A stretch of DNA of 58,264 nt, the filler included, from Sphacelaria rigidula (lineage: Eukaryota): the NCBI GenBank assembly GCA_964200075.2. It is 8 parts of 8 records of this genome, joined end to end, with 100 filler letters (N's around TTAATTAATTAA, not from the genome) between each part and the next. Parts side by side here need not be neighbours in the genome. Positions count along the whole stretch, not along the records: positions 43,775 to 50,969 come from CAXNAA020016021.1; positions 51,070 to 58,264 come from CAXNAA020016022.1; 6 more parts are not named here. One strand, given 5' to 3'. Positions 50,262 through 58,264 of the stretch are shown here, piece by piece. Position 1 is the stretch's first letter; each line of letters begins with the position of its first letter. The position numbers and the translations under genes are program-made. Under the pieces are notes generated by a model. That model had not been told where the DNA came from and ran no database searches. It saw nothing but the letters and a program-made list of their open reading frames with translations.

Positions 50262-50480
50262 CTGCAAAACCCCTAGAAAATGAGTAGCGTTCCCTAATTC
50301 GTCGCCCACCAGCGGGTACACGCGCAAATAATTCAGGAACTTGCTTCCATCATGCTTGTAGTTCATGAGCAATGAGCTCGTGGCATGTCCACGCTGTATC
50401 TCGCTTTTGAGCGAAGCAACAGCTGCGGCGTCGGTGCTGGAGCCCTGAAGGGCTGCCAATGTACGTCCTTGTATTGACTC
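50262..50480 (-). CDS. Exon encoding the C-terminal part of a LOV-like PAS domain (no photoactive Cys)
   Basis: Boundaries gcgagcag|...CAG|gtgtgt, 219 nt. ESIQGRTLAALQGSSTD...LMNYKHDGSKFLNYLRVYPL...HFLGVLQ aligns with the LOV consensus GRNCRFLQG.TD...NYRKDG..FWN...P...FIGVQ. Confidence 0.88.
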
Positions 50481-51069
50481 CTGCTCGCAAGAGGAAGGGA
50501 AAGCACGGGAAGACATGCCTTCGATCGGGGGACAAGGTGAGGGGGGAAGCAACGTGCATATACTAACTACTACTGAGAAATAATATGCTAGTGACTGTTG
50601 ACACTTTCCATGTTGCTTCCGCAGCCTGATTCTCCTGATTTTGTTCGTGTACATAATCATCACTGTGCCAAGAGACCTTCTGTAGGTACAGTAGGCCACG
50701 ATGTTCCAAAACTTCCGACAGTACAACAACTCTCTGTACACTGGGTACGTTTCTTCATCACGTTCCGTCATTACTTCCATCACCCCGGTCTTTTACGAGA
50801 CTACGAATTGGACCCCGGTTTGTTTCACAGTTTTCGAACGTACCCAGTATCCTGTAGTCTCCGGTATGCCTTATTGCAGAGCTCAGAGGGGGGGGGGGGG
50901 GGGGGGGGTGTTTCTTTTTTGCTTCGCTTGGTTGTGTTTGGATTGAGCGGGCCTCCCTCTTACCCAAAANNNNNNNNNNNNNNNNNNNNNNNNNNNNNNN
51001 NNNNNNNNNNNNNTTAATTAATTAANNNNNNNNNNNNNNNNNNNNNNNNNNNNNNNNNNNNNNNNNNNN

Positions 51070-52611
51070 GCTCGGCGCACTTCCGTGCTTTCCGCCCTGT
51101 GGAGCCGTCTATGCGCTCTGATGGCGACGCTCTGGGCCATGATTTGCCCGGTGAACCGCTGCCAACCAGGCGACGACAACGAAGTCCATGACGACGATGA
51201 CGATGACGATGACGACGACGATGATGATGATGATGACGGTGATTACGATGATGGCGAGTCGCCTTGTCGCATGTTCACGGATTCGCTGGCAGGCGCTTTC
51301 CGCTCTATGACAAAGCGTCCCGTCAGGATGCTAAACGCCTTGAAGGATAAGAGGCTGACGGCCATGCGTGCCAGATGGTTGCGCATGGCGAACAAGTTCG
51401 AGGTTCGCGACTTGACCCACAGAGTCGGAGAGAAGGACGGCGCAAGTGTGGAGACCGAACGCTGGAACAGGCTGAAGTGCGGCGCTGGTAGCATCAGGAG
51501 AAGGGTCGACGTCACGTGTCAACACCTGGCACGATGCTTCCCCATTTCCGGGCAGTACCAGGTGACGCAAACTCAGGATGCGGTCTGATTGCAAGGCTTG
51601 AGCAGACCACGGAGTTTGACATAATGTCGGGGACATAATTAGATACATTGAAGAAACATCACGACAGTACTAATGTCGGATCGTGTTTTTCCGATCGCTG
51701 TCGAAAATGTTTCGTCGTTTCTGTTTGCTCTCCAGGGATACGATCAGCTATGCCGCTTCCTCACGTCGACCTTCGCGGGAGAGTTCTTCGAGACGACCGT
51801 AGTTCTGAACAGCTTAGCCCTGCCCGTATCATGGCTACTGTTCGGCTCCACAGGAGGCGAGCCGCTCGCGCGGCAGGCGGTGAGTGTCTGTATGTGTATG
51901 TATGACTTGTTGGAAGTATATGGGGCAAAATCGGAGCCATATCCATCGATTCAGTGGAAACAATGGTTGCTAGTGATGGCGACAGCGGTGGTCAGGGCAA
52001 CGCTTGTTTCTTTTGTACGATGTAGCGTGTACTCAGGAGACTATCCTGCCCCGAACGACTCGCTAAGGCTGATCGCTTCCCATTCCATTCATTATTCCTG
52101 CGCGTACTCACCCTGTCAATCGTGAGTTACGAACGTGTTTTGGATGTTGGAGTCTCTCTGCGCTTTTCTGCTTAGCTTGCTTGTGTCTTGGGTAAGGAAT
52201 GCCTGAAGCCATGCAGCAGGGGCCGGCCAATTTCTGTTTTGTCGTTTATGTCGTGTCTATGATTTTCATTATTATGCGTGGTCATCGTTTCAATTATTTG
52301 TTGTTACAGCAATATGATGATGCTCTTGTTTTCATGTTTTGTTCTTGTTTCGTCATTATTTTCATCATTTTAACCATCACTACGATCTCCGATTTTTTTA
52401 TTTTTCGGTTTTGATTGTGAATATAACGATTTAAATATATATTCATATATATATATATACATATGATTGTCACTTTACGAACTCTATCTGAACTGTTTCA
52501 AATATTGTTGTTACTATATTGTTTCTTTTACTCTGCGCTTTTCTGCTTTGTATCCTGAGCGTTGTGTTACGAATAGCTGAAGCCATGCAACAGAGACCTG
52601 CCGACGCATGT

Positions 52612-52672
<61 letters not shown>

Positions 52673-55425
52673 TATTTGTCGTAGTTATTTATTAACACAG
52701 TTTTATGTTAATATTCTCATTTTTTTTCTCTTTTTTTTCTATTCTTGTTTGTTGATCATTGTTTAGTCATTTGAATCACTACTGTGTCAACTGTTTCATT
52801 CTATTTCTATTTTATCTGATCCCGGTTTTCATCGTTTTTTTCATTGTTTTAGAATTTTTAATATCAGGCTACTTCTGATGCATCGAAAAGTAAAAGTTAT
52901 TGAAGAGTGCTTTTTCAGCCCTTCTCCGTCGTTTTTGTCCCCAAAAGAGGGCTAGGCGGATGTGGACACCTTGGAATGACTTGCTCTACTCGCTGAGACC
53001 GTTCCAGAGCACCTTTGCGATTTTTGAAGGTCGCAGTTTCTTTCTTGGCCGAAAATGCATTTTCAATAACAAACGGTCAATTTATCGAAACCTGCCATTT
53101 TTTCTCATAACTTGACCGTTTGTTATTGAAAATGCACTTTCGGCCAAGAAAGAAACTGCGACCTTCAAAAGTCGCAAAGGTGCTCTGGAACGGTCTCAGC
53201 GAGTAGAGCAAGTCATTCCAAGGTGTCCACATCCGCCTAGCCCTCTTTTGGGGACAAAAACGACGGATAAGGGCTAAAAAAGCACGTTTCAACATCTTTT
53301 TACTGTTCGATACATAAGAAGTAGCGTCACGATCCTTGGCATTTTTTTCTCGCTTGACAAGTTTTTTTGTTATATTTCTACAATTTTTATCTTTCTCTGC
53401 GCTTTCACGCGTTGTTTCTTGTGTTTCCTTCCTTCATCGTTTGCTCTTGCTCGAGCTTTTTTTTTGCGAGTGCTTCTGATTTGTTTACCTTGGTGATGTC
53501 TAATGTTTGTATAATGACGCCTGGATTTTTCGGGACTCCGTGAATGTGCGACAAACATCGATCGATCGATGGGTCAATCGAGAAAGAAAAGTCAGCGGTG
53601 TGAACGCTAAGGATTTTGTTTGAAAATCAACCAGTCGATGGATCCATGACTGAAACACACACACACACACACACACACACACCTCGTTTGGTGACGAGTC
53701 ACTTGTTAAGCGAGATCAAACTGCCGTCGACGCACACAGGTGGCGCGCTATGCCTGGTCGATCCTCCGACGGCACTCGGCCCGAGTGACCAAATGGCTGC
53801 GTAACGACCCTCACCTGGGATCTGAATCTAACAGCGAGATGGCATCCATGCTGATGGACAAGATATTGAGCGGGTGAGAGATACGCCTGTTATTAGGGTC
53901 AGGTAGGCCCTTGCTCGCGCTCGTCTGCTACGGACTTGTCAGTGTGACGGTTGGTTCATGTCCTTAGCTTTTAGCCTGATGTCGCGGGTACTGCAGATCT
54001 GTCTGCAGCGAGGTGTTGTTACGTTTGGGGCTCGTGTTAGCCTCATCAATGAGAAGCCTTTGTACACCCGAACGATAACGACGATAACGTTGGAGCTGAA
54101 ACACAATTTTGCTGTTTTTTTTAGAAGAGATGATGAAGGAGACTGTGGCCTTTATCGTCGGGAAAACAGCGATACCCGGGTATCAGTGCCGTGCAGTCCT
54201 GGGTTGGAGTTGCGGCCGTCTCGGCTGACTCGAGCCAACGCTCTTTGGAAAGGTGTTGTGATGGACGGATTGATGAAGAGAACAGTCGGCTCCGCGTTGA
54301 GTCAGTCAGCGTAGCCACGTGTTGCACCCGCGTCATGGACCTGGAGAACAAACAGGAACAGCCATGTGAAAAACTCGAGAGCCGAAGCCTTTGGGTGTAG
54401 CGTCACGTCACCTTTTTTTGTGCATGCGACAACGTTTTTTTCTTCCATGTCTTCCTCGCCTTTCGTTTTGGATGTGTCAGAAATCTGGTCACAGTGTGCA
54501 CCCGCCTTGGCTTCAACGAGCGGGTGATGAACTTAATCGTGGACAAGACCCTGGAGGCAGGCATCGATGGACCCGCAGTCACGGTGTGGATCGTGCTCAC
54601 TCTGCTCACCATGACTCCCACCCCGGACGATCACGAGGTACAGCGCTAGACTGTTGCAGACTAATGCTACTCGAGATTGGCTTTTTATCGATGGGCTTGC
54701 ACCTAGTATTCAAAGTGGGCTGCGTCGGATTTGCGGGCCATGCCCCAAGATTGCACCATACCTGGATAATATTTGATCGATACGTACGGTGGTGTAGGCT
54801 TTCAGCTGTGACTGCTGTACTCCAACCTGTGTGGACGTTTCTCCGTAAGTACAATATGGGTTTCTATGCGCCATTTTTGAACCAGGCTTTTTTCTCGTCG
54901 ACCCCTTGCTTCCCCCCCACTTCCCCCCGCCCCGCTCCCCTTCATTGGGAGCCGACTCGCGATCGTTGTGAGTACCCGCCTAACATGGTGTGCATCGAGT
55001 GTTGTGCGATATCTTCCTGTGCTGACCGTCTCGCAAGTTTTTGTAGATGTGAAGAGGTGAGGATGACATCCACCAACCGTGTTCATTTCATCTGTTGGCG
55101 ACACTTTTGAGCAGCAATTCTTGCCATCATAGATGCTACGGTTGCGTACGGTTGGGCCCACGTTGTCCTCCCGCTGCGATAAGCACACAGCCCTTGCGTT
55201 GTTGGCGCAGGCAAGACCTATGTATGATGTTGTTTTAGTGACTGGCCACTATTCGATGTCGATGCTGGATAATGACAGGTGCGGATAATGCGGTACCTGC
55301 AGGAGACGGCCGAGGGGGTCAAGTTCTTTTGGCAGTTAGAGTTGGCGGCACCTGTATCCCTGAAGGAGTTCATCCGGGGATGCAAGGAGAGGACCGCCCG
55401 GTTTCCGAATGCGTCGTCTCCGTGA
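51070..55425 (+). CDS. Five-exon gene (5'-truncated) for a divergent TBC/Rab-GAP-like protein. Exons: <51070-51561, 51736-51879, 53740-53873, 54481-54637, 55279-55425
   Basis: All junctions are GT-AG with consistent phases (0,0,2,0) and give one open frame. There is a poly-Asp tract and the motifs VRDLTHR, P..GQYQGYDQLCRFL, ILRRHSARVTKWL and IVDKTLEAG...IVLTLL, resembling TBC motifs. The gene model is more certain than the family call. Confidence 0.75.
52612..52676. repeat. (TTA)n microsatellite; (CA)n also at 53655-53682
   Basis: Direct reading. Confidence 0.95.
52868..53325. mobile_element. Long intronic foldback (MITE-like, ~215-bp arms, ~20-nt loop)
   Basis: gctacttct...acaaacggtcaa / ttgaccgtttgt...agaagtagc. 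The mirror ORFs 52900(+) and 53077(-) are nearly identical. Confidence 0.8.
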
Positions 55426-55939
55426 CCGCGCAAAGAGAGCTAGTGCCGCCCAACTAGCCGCATATCACATATCATAGGGGGTTTTGGTAGGTGCGAGTCC
55501 TACACTACCCTGAGCAAATGTTCATACAGTTTATACGCTCGGGGTGCCGACCCCACGTGCTTGTCATTAGACAGGCTAGCCGGGCCTTCGGGGAACTGGC
55601 ACACGAACCCGAGAAATCGGGGTAAGTGTTGGGTATAGGTTTCCTCCTCGCTCCTCTGAAGGACGAAATGAAAAAAAAAAATGGAATCGCGGACTGTGCA
55701 GTTCTTGTTCTTGGCAGTCTCGAATCAATCGATGTTTGAGAAGAAAAAGTCAAGATCGAGAAAAATGGTTCACAAAAGTAATTTATTTGTTGTTGGGGTG
55801 TGACGGGAGTCAGCTGAGTTGCATTTCGCTGGTGCTGGTTGCTTTCGAGTTTGGGTTTTGAGCTTTTGAGGTAGCGCTTTGCTTTGCTGGAGAGGGGCGA
55901 GTCATGTCGTGTCCGTGCGCAAGTATATATATATATATA

Positions 55940-56243
55940 TTCTTTTTTTTCCCTTACACTTTGAACCCCTCCCCTTCCTCGGGATGAGCCCGTGGTCTCA
56001 AGGGATCAACCCATCTCTCCCCCGGTACGTGCCTTTCATTTTGATCTCGTGGATTGGATCAGGACTCCGCACCGCGTCAACGCACGTCACGCAAACCCAG
56101 TGGACTACTTCTGTTTACTCACGTTCTCACGCCTTCCACGGTGGAAATCATACGTAAAGAAGAAAAACCCAACGCATCGGCAATCGAACTCCCGTTCTTT
56201 TTACCGTAATGGCGACAGTCGGACCATTATACCACCGGGGCGC
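55940..56243 (-). mobile_element. tRNA-derived SINE family 2 with TSD GCAAGTAT
   Basis: Homologous to 24579-24884. TSD at 55919-55926 and 56245-56252; paralogous empty site at ~57100-57135. Confidence 0.85.
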
Positions 56244-56336
56244 GGCAAGTATGGCCACGTGATTCGCTGTGGGCCCGCCGAAACGTCTCACGTGGCCGGT
56301 TTGACGGTACTATTATAGCTCCGTCTGTGAGGTCGT

Positions 56337-56483
56337 TTACGGAGACGGCGGATTTGGAAACCGGGCGATCCTCTCCTTGTATCCCCGGATAAACTCCTTG
56401 AAGGATACAGCCGCCTCCAGCTCCAACTACCAGAGGAACTTCACCCTCCCGGCCGTCTCCTGCAGGTACCGCATTATCCGCAC
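56337..56483 (-). pseudogene. Inverted copy of the TBC-like terminal exon, with a premature TAG
   Basis: cag|GTG CGG ATA ATG CGG TAC CTG...TGG TAG...CCG TAA. Confidence 0.85.
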
Positions 56484-56514
56484 CTGCCATGATGTAGGTG
56501 CTACATGATGGCAG

Positions 56515-56661
56515 GTGCAGACCATGAGGCATCTGCAGGAGACGGCAGGGAGCGCGAAGTTCTTCTGGCAGTTGGAACTAGCGACGCCAATATCCCTGAA
56601 GGAGTTCATCCGGGGATACAAGGAGAGGACCGCCCGGTTTCCAAATGCGTCGTCTCCGTGA
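56515..56661 (+). CDS. Intact duplicate of the TBC-like terminal exon (possible alternative last exon)
   Basis: ggcag|VQTMRHLQETAGSAKFFWQLELATPISLKEFIRGYKERTARFPNASSP*. The downstream 3' sequence is also duplicated. Confidence 0.5.
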   Translation: MQTMRHLQETAGSAKFFWQLELATPISLKEFIRGYKERTARFPNASSP

Positions 56662-58264
56662 CCTCAGAGAAAGAGCTAGTACCGCCGAACTAGCCACATG
56701 TGTATCATGTTATTTGCTTGGTGGGCGCGAGTCCTACACTACCCTGAGCAAGTGTTGATGCGGTTCGTACGCTCGGGGTGCCGACCCCACGTGCTTGTCA
56801 TCACAGTAGACAGGCTAACCGGGCCTTCGGGAAACTGGTACACGAACCCGAGAGATCGGGGTCAAGTGTGTCGGGTACACAGGTTTCCTCCTCGCTCCCT
56901 TCAGAGACGATAAAGCCCCGAAAACGAATCAACAGCAATACTTGACGGTCTGGTTGTTGTCCGCATGAAATGATTCATAAAGTTGTTTGTCAGCTAGGTG
57001 TTGGGGTGTGATTGTGAGCCAGGGATCATTTCGCCGGTGCGGGTTGCTTCGGAGTCTTGAGCTTTGCTTTGCTGGAGAGGGGCAAGTCATGTCGTGTCCT
57101 CCGTGGAAGTACGGGCAGGTGATTTGCTGTGGGCTTGTTTCCAAAAGAGGGGAAGCATTGTCTTGAAGCATCTCCTATCCCCGGTGTGGAAAACGGTTTG
57201 GAAACAGTTATGCCAGTGCCGTAATAGCATCACTCAGCGCGTTTTCTAGCTGGGCCAGGCTGCAAGCTGATTTGTAGATTGTATGCTCATGCTCACCTCC
57301 GTTGTGAGACTTGGACTTTCAAATTCTATATAGAGAATCGCTCGGGCACGGCGAAGGAAACTTATTCTGGGTAAGAAGAGTTTTTTCTCGTTGTTTGTGA
57401 GTCAAGGGCAGAAATCAATGTCCACTTTTCACCATCAAACTGCCCTTGAACCCTCAAAATGTTGTAAAGAGAAAAACGTCGAATTTCACGTCCGGTTTGC
57501 TCTGTGTATATAGTCGTCTCTGCAGAAAATGTATACTCTGTAAATGTGTGGTGTAACCCACCAGTCACACGTGATTCACGTACTCTGTGGATGACTGTCT
57601 CCTAGTCATTGGGAGATACATATCACCTCAACTGCAACCAGCAAGATGGGGTGAGCGACTACGTCGCCTCGGAAGCTTCACACCCCGTTACTTGTTTTGT
57701 TGTATCAACCACGCACACACGTATATTCATAACCGGGAACACGTGAATTGCGGTACGGTAGGGGTGCACAGAACGTTTCTGGGCCGGCGCACTGGAGTTC
57801 TAGATAGACTTTCGCGTACTCGCACTGGTGCGGTTAGAACAAAGTCATGTCCGACGGTGAGGCGATGCTCTCGAAATTATGAAAAATTTCCCTGTTTCGT
57901 TTCACGACGTCAAAATACCGCGGGCAAGTTTTGGCCGAAAACGGTCACCCCTACCTTCCGTGTGAAGTCCTCCGCCTTCTCCCCGCCTCTCCCCCGCCGC
58001 CCCTCTGTCTGATGATTTTACTGTTCAATAATTCTATCTAGTGCTGTCATCATTTTTTTTTTCTTCAGTAGAACCTTATCTACCCTACCCGATCAGTTTT
58101 ATCTCGCCCAGTCCCTTCCTGCGTCGCGTCATCGAACTGGTTCATTTTTTATTCCGAGGAAGGGTGGGATTCTAAGGGGGTGGGGGGGGGGGGGGGCACT
58201 CATGGTCATGCTTGCCATTGTCATAAACCAATTAACCTCCACCCCCTACAACGCCGGGGAAGCG

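Noticed and set aside
55272..56693. Repeated small ORFs MTGADNAVPAG... as a peptide family
   Set aside because: Alternative frame of the triplicated terminal exon. The spliced frame is VRIMRYLQ...

Overview
This is eukaryotic DNA, most likely from a brown alga (Phaeophyceae). That is inferred from a 72-nt LRR exon, long repeat-rich introns and a Ngaro/Gypsy/SINE/MITE repertoire. The window is not one locus. It consists of eight unrelated 7195-7196 bp contigs joined by 100-bp N44-TTAATTAATTAA-N44 linkers: 1-7196, 7297-14492, 14593-21788, 21889-29084, 29185-36379, 36480-43674, 43775-50969 and 51070-58264. Most ORFs in the six-frame track are spurious, and the real genes are spliced. Contig 1 carries a secreted protein built from phase-1 Cys-rich exons plus a Pro/Thr stalk exon. 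Contig 2 is mostly repeats with weak exon candidates. Contig 3 is a near full-length, decayed chromodomain-bearing Ty3/Gypsy element. Contig 4 has SINEs, MITEs and a TIP30-like Rossmann exon. Contig 5 has a lone 72-nt LRR exon among repeats. Contig 6 has a Ngaro/DIRS RT fragment, a MITE and a second decayed Gypsy pol. Contig 7 has a LOV-like PAS exon lacking the photoactive Cys and signalling Gln, spliced to a 2.8-kb low-complexity exon. Contig 8 has a five-exon divergent TBC (Rab-GAP)-like gene whose last exon is triplicated with the middle copy inverted. All gene models come from reading splice sites and phases by eye. No database searches were run.
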